A program made the position numbers and the translations under genes. A stretch of 64,000 nucleotides of DNA from positions 580 to 64,579 of the forward strand of contig JBAZKN010000005.1 in NCBI GenBank assembly GCA_041650755.1, given 5' to 3'. Each line of letters opens with the position of its first letter. The first letter of the stretch is position 1. Below the pieces are notes generated by a model, which was not told the DNA's origin, made no database searches, and saw only the letters and a list, made by a program, of their open reading frames with translations. This DNA comes from Patescibacteria group bacterium (GTDB taxonomy: Bacteria > Patescibacteriota > Patescibacteriia > UBA1558 > GWA2-36-10). Below, piece after piece: positions 19,588 through 28,293 of the stretch.

Positions 19588-21033
19588 TTATCCCAACATA
19601 GTCAACCTTGGCATACTAAACTGATGCTCCAGTATCTTCATAATCAGCATAGAAAAAGCATCGGCTAGGTCATCGTGTTTTTCGACCCCAAAGTTAGTTA
19701 TTTCCTGTATAAGTTCTTCGGCTCCGTGACGAGGGAAAACTACATAACCTCGTTTAACAGAATTTGAAGCTATGGCTAATCGTGATCTCTTGTCTAAGCG
19801 TCCGAAATTAACTCCTTCTACTTGCATACAGTAATCATCTTGTAATTGGTGGATAAAAGCCCGTTGGTACCCAACGTCTTCTACATAAACATCAGGATAA
19901 TCTCCTTTACGTATACTATTAGCTAAACTTTTAACTGCTTGAATAGCGTCTGGGAAAGTCAGACGTTGGTTAATGGGATGGGGCAGAATATAGATTAGGG
20001 GACGTTCGTCAACAATATAAACTAAAGCCGCGACCATAGCTGTATAATCAGCTGTGGTCTTTTCAGAAATAGCTAAGTCAATACCAATAGCTGGGAAGAA
20101 AAAATGTTCTCGACTTTTAGGGATCTCATCATAGTAGCATAGCCACTCTGGATGAATCACTCTTTCCGAGTTAGAGATAATACGCAGTAAATACTCCCTA
20201 TACCAGGCTGTATCATTTCCCACTCGCTTTTTAAGATTTCCAATACTTTCGTTATCTGGATATTTCCCAGGCCAAGCACACTGGTTGTTGTCATCTAACA
20301 GAGGATAGGAACGATATATGCCTTTGAGATTATTATCTTTAATACCCTGTTGTAATCGCATTAACACTGAATCTTCGTGTAAAAGATTGCCCACTACAAT
20401 AATGCGAGTGTTTAAGTCTCCGGCTGGAATAACATCTCCTACCAGCCATTGATGAGTCTTGTCCCGACTTTCTTTGGTCTTTACAGATTCCAAATCTTCC
20501 ACATCATCGCAAATAATTAAATCTGGTCTATATTGCCCATGTCTTAAACCCCTAATACTTTGTTCAGTAGAAGCGGCTATGATCCTAGCGTCATATTTAG
20601 GGATAACTAGAGCATAAGAACCCCATTCATCAGCTTGCTCTTCAAAAGGTCCTAAGTCAGCTCTAAGTAGTTTATTTTGCTCTAATTCTCGTTTAAGGTT
20701 CATTAAGTGCTGCCTAGCCTGTCTTTGGGTCTGACTAAGCATAACCACAAACTTCTTTTTCTGTTGTCCTAGTATTGCCCAAATTGGGTATGACATATTC
20801 ATAATCGTGGATTTTCCGGATCCACGGAAGGCCACTATAACAGCCATAGGAATACTTTCGTCTTCGGTTATAGAAAATAATTCTTTATGAAATCTGGCCG
20901 TCTCGTGAGTCACATACTTGGCAAAGTAGAGATGGAAAAATAGTAAATGACTTTGTCTAGTGATGGCTGTCCGGACTTTCCGGTCTTGGTAGACTTGCCT
21001 CAGTAGTTGAGGCGTTAACATTGTTGGGTTCAT
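19588..21033 (-). CDS. terL: Phage terminase large subunit
   Basis: Walker A FRGSGKST, Walker B IICDDVE, nuclease motifs IGIDLA and HDDLADA. Confidence 0.85.
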   Translation of the reverse strand: MNPTMLTPQLLRQVYQDRKVRTAITRQSHLLFFHLYFAKYVTHETARFHKELFSITEDESIPMAVIVAFRGSGKSTIMNMSYPIWAILGQQKKKFVVMLSQTQRQARQHLMNLKRELEQNKLLRADLGPFEEQADEWGSYALVIPKYDARIIAASTEQSIRGLRHGQYRPDLIICDDVEDLESVKTKESRDKTHQWLVGDVIPAGDLNTRIIVVGNLLHEDSVLMRLQQGIKDNNLKGIYRSYPLLDDNNQCAWPGKYPDNESIGNLKKRVGNDTAWYREYLLRIISNSERVIHPEWLCYYDEIPKSREHFFFPAIGIDLAISEKTTADYTAMVAALVYIVDERPLIYILPHPINQRLTFPDAIQAVKSLANSIRKGDYPDVYVEDVGYQRAFIHQLQDDYCMQVEGVNFGRLDKRSRLAIASNSVKRGYVVFPRHGAEELIQEITNFGVEKHDDLADAFSMLIMKILEHQFSMPRLTMLG

Positions 21034-21439
21034 ATATTTGTTGTTCTTTCTCGTCAGAGTCAGCGTGCAAGGCGGCTAGTTTTAAGGCCTCGGTCACGAC
21101 TGCTTGTTGCTCTGGCGTTAATACCTGGTTAGATTCTTCAAGTTTGGCGGTTACTTGGAGTTTAGTGGTGTATTGCGGATGGTGATGTTTGAGCCACATA
21201 ATAATGGCTGTCAGATTACGATCTTTAATAGCGGTAATTAATTGGGACTCCGCCATGTCGTTTATGAGCAGTGATCCTTGTAGTATGGCCTGATCAGCTT
21301 CTTTGGCAAAAGATTCGTTGTCTTTACGCAGACGATAATAGGTCGCTCTACTGATGCCAGACTTTTCACACGCTATTTGCACTATAGGAGTTTTCTTGAG
21401 CTGTTCAATCAACTCATTTTTTTGTTGCTTACTTATCAT
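20957..21439 (-). CDS. HTH protein, probable terminase small subunit
   Basis: ACEKSGISRATYYR HTH; directly upstream of and overlapping terL. Confidence 0.65.
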   Translation of the reverse strand: MISKQQKNELIEQLKKTPIVQIACEKSGISRATYYRLRKDNESFAKEADQAILQGSLLINDMAESQLITAIKDRNLTAIIMWLKHHHPQYTTKLQVTAKLEESNQVLTPEQQAVVTEALKLAALHADSDEKEQQIYEPNNVNASTTEASLPRPESPDSHH

Positions 21440-22766
21440 GACCGTGTAATTTAATAGTTTTTTTACCAGTTAGTTTTTTCCAACGCTTTTTGATCACTTC
21501 TGTATAGACGGGGGATTTTTCCATGATATAGCATCTGCGCTTCATTTTGGTGGCCGCTATTAACGTTGAACCAGAGCCACCAAATGGCTCGACAATGAGG
21601 TCATCGCGCTTGGTAAGGACTTTGATATATGGAATAAGAATTTCTACTGGTTTGGTGCCGAAAATCACTCCTTGACCAGAGCTTTTCTCGTCCGAGGCCT
21701 TATAGTCAATAAAGTCAGTTGGGGCGTACTTCTTGCCTTTTTGATAGCCTTCCCAATGGGGTTTACCGGCTATGGCGTATAAGGCGGTTTCGTATTCATT
21801 TTGAAGTGGCGTTTCTTCTGTGGATAGATTTAGTTCTAAACTGTCTTTACTACTGCCCACCATAGCTATATCGTGTTTTGAGAAAAATTTATACTTAGCC
21901 GCAAAGCCCTGGGTTCTATTGGGTAGTCGCCAAACTATCATATTTTTAACCTTCCAATACTTTTCCATTTCTGCCCAAATAGTTCTAAGATTTTTCCAAT
22001 TCTCATAGACTATGATATGAAAATCATCTTTGGCTATTTTGGCAATATTTTTCATCCACAATTCAGTAAAATTATCAGGCAAACTATCTGTACCCAAATA
22101 CCGTCTATCTCGCTTATAGCCGAAGCCCTCGCTAGACTTATGTTTCTTTTTACCTTTTAAATAATTTAATATATAAGGTGGATCGGTTAGACACATGTCA
22201 GCACTAACACCATTCATTAATTTTAGCATGTCGGCCTCAATAGTGGAGTCACCACACATCAGGCGACTGCCATCTAACTCATAAACATCACCTTTTTTAG
22301 TTTGAATGTTTTTAATATCTAATTTAGCCAGTTCTTTTTGGAGGTCAAATTTTTCTGGTTCTATATCTATATCAAAGATATCATCCAGTTCTTCGCTGCT
22401 GAAACCAAGATTTACTAGGAACGACTCGTCAAATTCAGCTAGTAGCTTAAAGTCAAATTCACCAGTGTTTTTATTGAGCCTTAGATTAAGCTCTTTTTCT
22501 TTTTCTAGATTAGGAATATTGACATAGACTACTGGCACTGTCTTATATCCCAAATCTTTAGCTATTTTGAGTCTAAAATGACCGCCAATGACCACATTCT
22601 CCCGACCTTTGGCTGAATTGCAGATAATAGGGTCTACTAGTCCATATCTGTTAATGCTGTCTGTTAAGTCCTGGATAGCCTTTTGACTCCACTTCCTAGG
22701 GTTGTAGGAAGCGGGACTTAATACCTTAGGATCAAGGTATTGGATTTTGAGGTTGTTTTTGTCCAT
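21429..22766 (-). CDS. ParB-like N-terminal domain fused to N6/N4 DNA methyltransferase
   Basis: YNPRK..VIGGHFRL (ParB); DPPY and EPFGGSGST (MTase). Confidence 0.88.
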   Translation of the reverse strand: MDKNNLKIQYLDPKVLSPASYNPRKWSQKAIQDLTDSINRYGLVDPIICNSAKGRENVVIGGHFRLKIAKDLGYKTVPVVYVNIPNLEKEKELNLRLNKNTGEFDFKLLAEFDESFLVNLGFSSEELDDIFDIDIEPEKFDLQKELAKLDIKNIQTKKGDVYELDGSRLMCGDSTIEADMLKLMNGVSADMCLTDPPYILNYLKGKKKHKSSEGFGYKRDRRYLGTDSLPDNFTELWMKNIAKIAKDDFHIIVYENWKNLRTIWAEMEKYWKVKNMIVWRLPNRTQGFAAKYKFFSKHDIAMVGSSKDSLELNLSTEETPLQNEYETALYAIAGKPHWEGYQKGKKYAPTDFIDYKASDEKSSGQGVIFGTKPVEILIPYIKVLTKRDDLIVEPFGGSGSTLIAATKMKRRCYIMEKSPVYTEVIKKRWKKLTGKKTIKLHGHDK

Positions 22767-22793
22767 GGTTTTATTGGTTAATAATTAATCTTA

Positions 22794-23153
22794 TTATCGT
22801 TTTTTATCTAGAATTCCGGCTAGCTTAAGGAACATTTCAACGGCCTTTGGATTACCTTTAGTTGAGGCATTGCTATATAGCCCTCCGATGGCATCGGGAA
22901 CGCGATCTTTTACCCAAACACTTATTTCGCTTTGCACAAGTGGCCAGAATTGCACGTCTTTCGTCCAATCAGTTAAGGTGTCCTCACAGACTCCGATTTG
23001 TTTTGCAAATTCCTTTTGTGTTTCGGGATTACGAAACTTATAAGGCGTAGCAAACCATTTGGCAAATAGTATAAATTCAGATACCCGCTGAACCCCGGGC
23101 ACGACTTTTATAGAATCGGAGTCAATCGGAGCGAGGGTTTTGTTTTTAGTCAT
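22794..23153 (-). CDS. Phage-type HTH DNA-binding protein
   Basis: TQKEFAKQIGVCEDTLTDW HTH. Confidence 0.65.
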   Translation of the reverse strand: MTKNKTLAPIDSDSIKVVPGVQRVSEFILFAKWFATPYKFRNPETQKEFAKQIGVCEDTLTDWTKDVQFWPLVQSEISVWVKDRVPDAIGGLYSNASTKGNPKAVEMFLKLAGILDKKR

Positions 23154-23252
23154 AGCTTAGTAATTAGTTAAATGAAAAAAGAGCCATTATTATCATAGCT
23201 CTTTTTCAAATAGTCCATTCCGAGTTCCGCTCGAGTTCCGTTTTGTAATGTT

Positions 23253-24392
23253 TTAGCTTATCTTAGCAATTTTTCTTTTGCTTCTTTTTAAGTCATTTCG
23301 ATGGGCCTTTACACATGCGATTGATCCACATGTTATTTGCCATTTGTTGCGGGGCTTAAAATTACTCTTACAAATAGGGCATGTTTTATTAATAAATCCA
23401 GTTAAAACTTGCTTTACAGTTTCTTCTTTTTCAGTCAGAAAATATAAGAAAGCATTAATAATATAAATCATGTAATGCGTGTCCTCAAGACTAGCAATAT
23501 CATTGTCGTTTAGAGATTTAATATATGCTGTTTTAATTTTATTACTGCGAGCAGATTCGTTAATCAAGCTTTTTTTCGAAATAAATTCTCGCCAGTCATA
23601 TATAAATTCTTTGGTTAGTTTATACTTATCTAAGATTTTTTTTGCCCGTTCTTTAAAAATAGGGGATATATCAAAATCGTACTCCTGTCCCCATTCTATT
23701 TTTGAAGGTTTATGTCCATATGCCTCTCGGTATTGTGTATATTTTTCTCTTTTTTTCTTTTCAAATAATTTATGTATTTTTTCCATCTCATGGTATATCT
23801 CTAGAAATTTATATAAGTCAGCTATCCTTTTCTGGATGGACGCTATTATTTTTTTTCTATCAATATCATTTTTGTGTTCTTTAATCCATATCAAATATGG
23901 TAGAGCAATTTTTATGGCAAGTATTTGCTTTTTATCGTATAAAAATTCATATTGTTTTTTTATGGCACTAGCACTGGTGTAAAAATCAGAAAACTGTCTT
24001 TGCTTCCAGGCAAAAGATTTCTGTTGCGACGGCCACTCTACCATATTGTTATCAAAATAATAATCGAGCCAATGATCATTAAGTTTTCCGAGACTACCGA
24101 TGCAATAGTAATTTTTTCTGTCCAATTTTATAATTTTAAATTTGTCTAAATCCTTAGGGTGGATATAACGCCATTCATTTAGTCCGTTAAAAGAAGCATA
24201 TACTCTTTTAAACTCCACAACCCCTAAATATACTTTTAAGGCGGGGAAGACTAATTTATGCTTATGTAGCTCCTCTAGGGTATTTTTATCAATCTTAAGC
24301 CCGTTATCTTGGCAGTAGCCAACGAAAAAAGACATATGGATTAAACCCCCCTGATTGAGCGGCATTTGGGTTTTAAACTCTGTAGCTTCCAT
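23253..24392 (-). CDS. Hypothetical protein with C-terminal zinc finger
   Basis: CPICKSNFKPRNKWQITCGSIAC followed by a basic tail. Confidence 0.6.
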   Translation of the reverse strand: MEATEFKTQMPLNQGGLIHMSFFVGYCQDNGLKIDKNTLEELHKHKLVFPALKVYLGVVEFKRVYASFNGLNEWRYIHPKDLDKFKIIKLDRKNYYCIGSLGKLNDHWLDYYFDNNMVEWPSQQKSFAWKQRQFSDFYTSASAIKKQYEFLYDKKQILAIKIALPYLIWIKEHKNDIDRKKIIASIQKRIADLYKFLEIYHEMEKIHKLFEKKKREKYTQYREAYGHKPSKIEWGQEYDFDISPIFKERAKKILDKYKLTKEFIYDWREFISKKSLINESARSNKIKTAYIKSLNDNDIASLEDTHYMIYIINAFLYFLTEKEETVKQVLTGFINKTCPICKSNFKPRNKWQITCGSIACVKAHRNDLKRSKRKIAKIS

Positions 24393-24458
24393 TTATTTAA
24401 CGTTTTTCTTAGTATTTTTTATTTTATTCGCAAATCCCTAATTTACGGGGTAGAGTAT

Positions 24459-24487
24459 TTGACAATCTTTGTATATTTGTATATAAT
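24459..24487 (+). promoter_or_regulatory. Consensus sigma70 promoter giving a near-leaderless lexA-operon mRNA
   Basis: TTGACA-17 nt-TATAAT, with ATG 8 nt downstream. Confidence 0.75.
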
Positions 24488-24495
24488 ACTAGTGT

Positions 24496-25167
24496 ATGAA
24501 ATATACCAAAAAACCAACAAAAGGGCAACTGGAAGTACTGGATTTTATTCAGAAATATATAGAAAAGCACAATATTCCACCACTTATTGAGGACATAAAA
24601 TCAGCTTTTCAGTTTAAATCAACACGCTCTGTCACCCAATATCTAGATGCTTTAACCAGACAAGGGTACATAGAAAGGAATCGTAAACAAAAAAGAGGCA
24701 TACAGTTAGTTAATCATTATCAAGAACCAGGGCTAGACACTGTTTTAGTTCCTTTGCGTGGCACAGTTTCCTGTGGTCAGCCTAGTTTCTACGCTGATGA
24801 CAACATAGAGAATTTTTATTCAGTTGATAGCAGGTTATTGACCAGTAAAGTGAATAATTATTTTTTGGTGAGATCTTGCGGAAACTCCATGAACAGAGCG
24901 GGTATAGAAGATAATGATTTGGTGTTGGTAGAAAAAACTGATTATTTTGCAAACGGAGATAGGGTTGTAGCAGTTATTGATGGTCTGGCTACTATAAAGA
25001 ATTTTTCCAAGGGAGATTCTTCAATAGTGTTATACCCAGCTTCTTCTGATGATAAGCATAAGCCTTTAATAGTTAAAGACGATTTTAATCTGGTAGGTAG
25101 GGTAGTCGATATATTGCCAGATCCGGAATCTTTTAATGATATCAGGTATGAACCTGTAAACCAATAA
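24496..25167 (+). CDS. lexA: LexA-family repressor (S24 peptidase)
   Basis: N-terminal wHTH; cleavage site VSCG; catalytic GNSM and TIK. Confidence 0.88.
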   Translation: MKYTKKPTKGQLEVLDFIQKYIEKHNIPPLIEDIKSAFQFKSTRSVTQYLDALTRQGYIERNRKQKRGIQLVNHYQEPGLDTVLVPLRGTVSCGQPSFYADDNIENFYSVDSRLLTSKVNNYFLVRSCGNSMNRAGIEDNDLVLVEKTDYFANGDRVVAVIDGLATIKNFSKGDSSIVLYPASSDDKHKPLIVKDDFNLVGRVVDILPDPESFNDIRYEPVNQ

Positions 25168-25181
25168 TTAATCAAGCAAGC

Positions 25182-25424
25182 ATGGCAAATTATCACGTAA
25201 CAAAAAACAAAGATATTGGCAAATGGCAGGCTAAGAAAGAAAAGGCCGATAGAGTCGCCGGCTTTTATGACACACAAGCGGAAGCCGAGGCAGCAGCGAA
25301 ACAATTTTCAGCTAATAGCGGCGGTGGTGAGGTAAGGATCCACAGCCCGAAAGGTCCAATTAGGGATAGTGATACAGTTCCACCAGGAAATGATCCTAAT
25401 CCGCCTAAAGACAGGAGATTTTAA
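25182..25424 (+). CDS. DUF2188-like small protein
   Basis: YHVT..WQAKKE..TQAEAEAAA..EVRIH..G.IRDSDT..GNDPNPPKD. Confidence 0.8.
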   Translation: MANYHVTKNKDIGKWQAKKEKADRVAGFYDTQAEAEAAAKQFSANSGGGEVRIHSPKGPIRDSDTVPPGNDPNPPKDRRF

Positions 25425-25428
25425 TCGT

Positions 25429-25857
25429 ATGGAAAAAAAATTAAAACATTTAGAATTCATACAAAACGTTATTAGCAGGATGGCTAATAACCTTTTTCTG
25501 TTGAAAGGATGGGTAGTTACTTTGGTAGCAGCACTTTTGGCTTTATTGGCATCAAATAATGCTGGTACCCAATTTATCTTTATAGCTCTAGTTCCAATTA
25601 TAATTTTCTGGCTTCTAGACGGCTATTTCTTGTCTCAAGAAAGAATGTATAGGGATCTATACAAGGATGTTGCCAAGAAGCAAGAGGATCAAATTGATTT
25701 CTCAATGGATGCTAGTAAATATAATACAGGTAGAAACAGATGGCTTAACTGCTTCTTTTCTAAAACACTGGTAATATTTTATGGTCTGCTTCTGCTATTA
25801 TTTTTAATAATTATTTACTACAATTTTGATATAAAAATTTCAATAAGTATAGGATAA
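25429..25857 (+). CDS. Small 3-TM protein (HLEFIQ type), candidate membrane effector
   Basis: Start reassigned to ATG 25429 (SD aggag); HLEFIQNVISRMANNLFLLKGW; FWLLDGYFLSQER. Confidence 0.7.
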   Translation: MEKKLKHLEFIQNVISRMANNLFLLKGWVVTLVAALLALLASNNAGTQFIFIALVPIIIFWLLDGYFLSQERMYRDLYKDVAKKQEDQIDFSMDASKYNTGRNRWLNCFFSKTLVIFYGLLLLLFLIIIYYNFDIKISISIG

Positions 25858-25861
25858 ACAT

Positions 25862-26422
25862 ATGTCAAGAAAAGTTTTTTACAGTTTTCATTATGAGCGG
25901 GACGCTTGGCGTGCTGGTCAGGTGCGAAACTTCAATTTACTCGCTGATGAGGATGAATATGGAATTATCGATTCAGTCGAGTGGGAAAAAATTAAGAAAA
26001 AAGGTGATGAGGCCGTAAAAAGTTGGATAAAAGATCAGCTTAAAAATACCTCTGTCACAGTTGTGTTGATTGGTGCAGAAACATCGGAAAGGCCATGGGT
26101 CAAATACGAAATTGAACAAAGCATAGAAAAAGGCAATGCTTTGTTGGGCGTTAGAATACACTCGGTTAAAACCCAGAAAAAAGAGACTGATTCTCCAGGA
26201 AAAAATCCTTTAGATTTGATTTCTCTAAAAAATGGTAAGCCTGCATCATCATTATACAAAACTCATGACTGGGTATCTGATGATGGTAGAAAGAATTTAG
26301 GTCAATGGGTTGAGGATGCATATAAAATTAGTGAATCTAAAACTAATTTAGGTACCCACGACACTAGCCCTACGCCAACCCCACGTAGCTTTACGCCTAA
26401 ATCACCCTGGTCTGTTTTATGA
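25862..26422 (+). CDS. TIR-domain protein (ThsB/DUF1863-like) with Pro-rich C-terminal tail
   Basis: RKVFYSFHY..SVTVVLIG.ET..RPWVKYEI (catalytic Glu); tail SPTPTPRSFTPKSPWSVL. Confidence 0.85.
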   Translation: MSRKVFYSFHYERDAWRAGQVRNFNLLADEDEYGIIDSVEWEKIKKKGDEAVKSWIKDQLKNTSVTVVLIGAETSERPWVKYEIEQSIEKGNALLGVRIHSVKTQKKETDSPGKNPLDLISLKNGKPASSLYKTHDWVSDDGRKNLGQWVEDAYKISESKTNLGTHDTSPTPTPRSFTPKSPWSVL

Positions 26423-27105
26423 TATCAGATCAGGATAAGGATTGGTTAAGTAAATATTATCCTGGTTTGATAGTAAGCGGGAAAGAAATTTCTGGCGATA
26501 TTGAATTTGTAGCTAACTATAATAAAGACACTGACCAGTTTTCAATTTTGTATAATGGTACACCAGACTCCATTGATGGTTTAAAGTTAAGTGGTAAGTT
26601 TTCCGTTATTATTTCTGAGAGAACTAACAAAGCTTCTTCAGATCTTCCGGCACTGATTGTTAAAAATATAGATACAACTACGGATCGTCATTTTAATCAA
26701 ATGGACAAATCAGCTTGCCTTTGTAGTCCTTTAGAGGAGGGAGAGTATCTATTGCCAGAATTTAGTTTCAAGCTTTTTTTGGAAGAGCTGGTCATTCCAT
26801 TCTTGTATGGTCAAGTTTTTTATGATAAAAATGGTAAGTGGCCGTGGTCTGAATACTCACATGGTGCCGTTGGCATACTGGAATCATATTTAGATATATC
26901 CGATGCAAGTAAAGCCAGGGCTTCTATTGAAAAATTACGTTATGATACAAATTGGCCACGAGTTGAACAGGTATTAAAGCAAAAATCTTATATTAAAGGG
27001 CATACCCCTTGTTTTTGTCCAAAGGCTGATCAGATCAGGCGTTGCCATCCAAAGGCTTGGCAGGGTATTAATAAACTAAAGAATGATATAAAAGATTCAT
27101 ACTAG
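26419..27105 (+). CDS. Prokaryotic E2-like (ubiquitin-conjugating fold) protein with C-terminal SEC-C-like zinc knuckle
   Basis: RHFNQMDKSACLC resembles the HPN..CL active site; WPWSEYSHG; GHTPCFCPKADQIRRCH; ATGA overlap with the TIR gene. Confidence 0.65.
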   Translation: MISDQDKDWLSKYYPGLIVSGKEISGDIEFVANYNKDTDQFSILYNGTPDSIDGLKLSGKFSVIISERTNKASSDLPALIVKNIDTTTDRHFNQMDKSACLCSPLEEGEYLLPEFSFKLFLEELVIPFLYGQVFYDKNGKWPWSEYSHGAVGILESYLDISDASKARASIEKLRYDTNWPRVEQVLKQKSYIKGHTPCFCPKADQIRRCHPKAWQGINKLKNDIKDSY

Positions 27106-27107
27106 AT

Positions 27108-27311
27108 ATGGGTAGGTATAGGGGAAAAAGTAGTTTTCATCGTAACTTAGGACATGATCTATATACAATAATATATTGTTCATTATTTTTTCTTTGTATA
27201 AAAATTTGGGGGGCAAATGTTATTTTAAGCAGCTGGCTTGTTTTGCTATGGCCTATAAGTTATTTCTTAGTAGGCTTTATATTAAGAAAAATAGGAGTTT
27301 GGAAGTATTAA
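27108..27311 (+). CDS. Small 2-TM hypothetical protein
   Basis: 67 aa with two hydrophobic stretches, tightly packed in the operon. Confidence 0.45.
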   Translation: MGRYRGKSSFHRNLGHDLYTIIYCSLFFLCIKIWGANVILSSWLVLLWPISYFLVGFILRKIGVWKY

Positions 27312-27327
27312 TATATGCTCACAGAAT

Positions 27328-28293
27328 ATGTCATTAATATTGGGTATAAATCTTACAGATAGAATAATTTTAGCAACTGATAGTAAAGTTACTAAATCAG
27401 TTAATGGTAAACGAGAGGTAGTTGGCTATTGTACAAAATTAGTTCAGTATAATGATCGGGTTTTAAATGAAGATAAGGTTGTAAAAAATAGAAAGGATTT
27501 AGGTAACTTTATTTCCTGTATGTATGCTGGAAACAAAGATTTTTCTTTTTTTATACATCAAAAATTATCGGTTGCTTTTGAAAAGGGCGTATTATCTACA
27601 GACATCAATGTTTTACAGACACAAATTGATGATTTTTTTAAAAAAATTACTCCTGAATATGATGGAGTAAAAAAATGTCTTATGATATTTGCAGGCGTAT
27701 CATTGAGTGGTTCCATAAAGATATTTAGTTTTAAGCGTCTATCAGATTTAATAGGTCCCCAAGCTGGCCACGTAGAAGATCCTAATATAGTAGGGGCATT
27801 ACAATTTGCATCACAAGATTCAGATACTACTCCATTGATGAATAGAGAAAACAATTATTTTGTGCCGGATCAGAAATTATTTTCTTTTGAGATAGACGAA
27901 GATAGACATAAATTTGGCATAGGAAAAATTGGTGGTACTTATTCAGTTGTAGCTGGCGGGTCAACCACCATTGATGAGAATCTGGAAAACAAGATTCTAA
28001 AATATTTTTTAACCAAAAGGGATATTAAAGCCGAGGCTTCGGATATTATAAACTTTATTAGAAGTAATTTTTCCGATAGTATTGGTGGTGCAGTAGTATT
28101 AGGGTATATTGATACAAGGGGTATTCTGACCAATGTGAGTTATCAAGTTGATAGATCAGGAGAAATTAATGATAAAAACTGGTCCATAGAAATTAATGGT
28201 AAAGATTTTATAGCTTTAGATCCGGAAAGCAAAAGAATTGATTTATTAGAATATTTTTTTAATGGTTCAGGCGATAGCGATTGTTTGTTATAG
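27328..28293 (+). CDS. Proteasome beta-subunit-like Ntn peptidase
   Basis: After Met removal: Ser1, Asp17 (LATDS), Lys36, YAG, VAGGS and DSIGG, matching the proteasome/HslV motif layout. Confidence 0.65.
   Translation: MSLILGINLTDRIILATDSKVTKSVNGKREVVGYCTKLVQYNDRVLNEDKVVKNRKDLGNFISCMYAGNKDFSFFIHQKLSVAFEKGVLSTDINVLQTQIDDFFKKITPEYDGVKKCLMIFAGVSLSGSIKIFSFKRLSDLIGPQAGHVEDPNIVGALQFASQDSDTTPLMNRENNYFVPDQKLFSFEIDEDRHKFGIGKIGGTYSVVAGGSTTIDENLENKILKYFLTKRDIKAEASDIINFIRSNFSDSIGGAVVLGYIDTRGILTNVSYQVDRSGEINDKNWSIEINGKDFIALDPESKRIDLLEYFFNGSGDSDCLL

Noticed and set aside
25862-26422. Canonical Thoeris or CBASS
   Set aside because: No SIR2/Macro ThsA and no CD-NTase in the operon.
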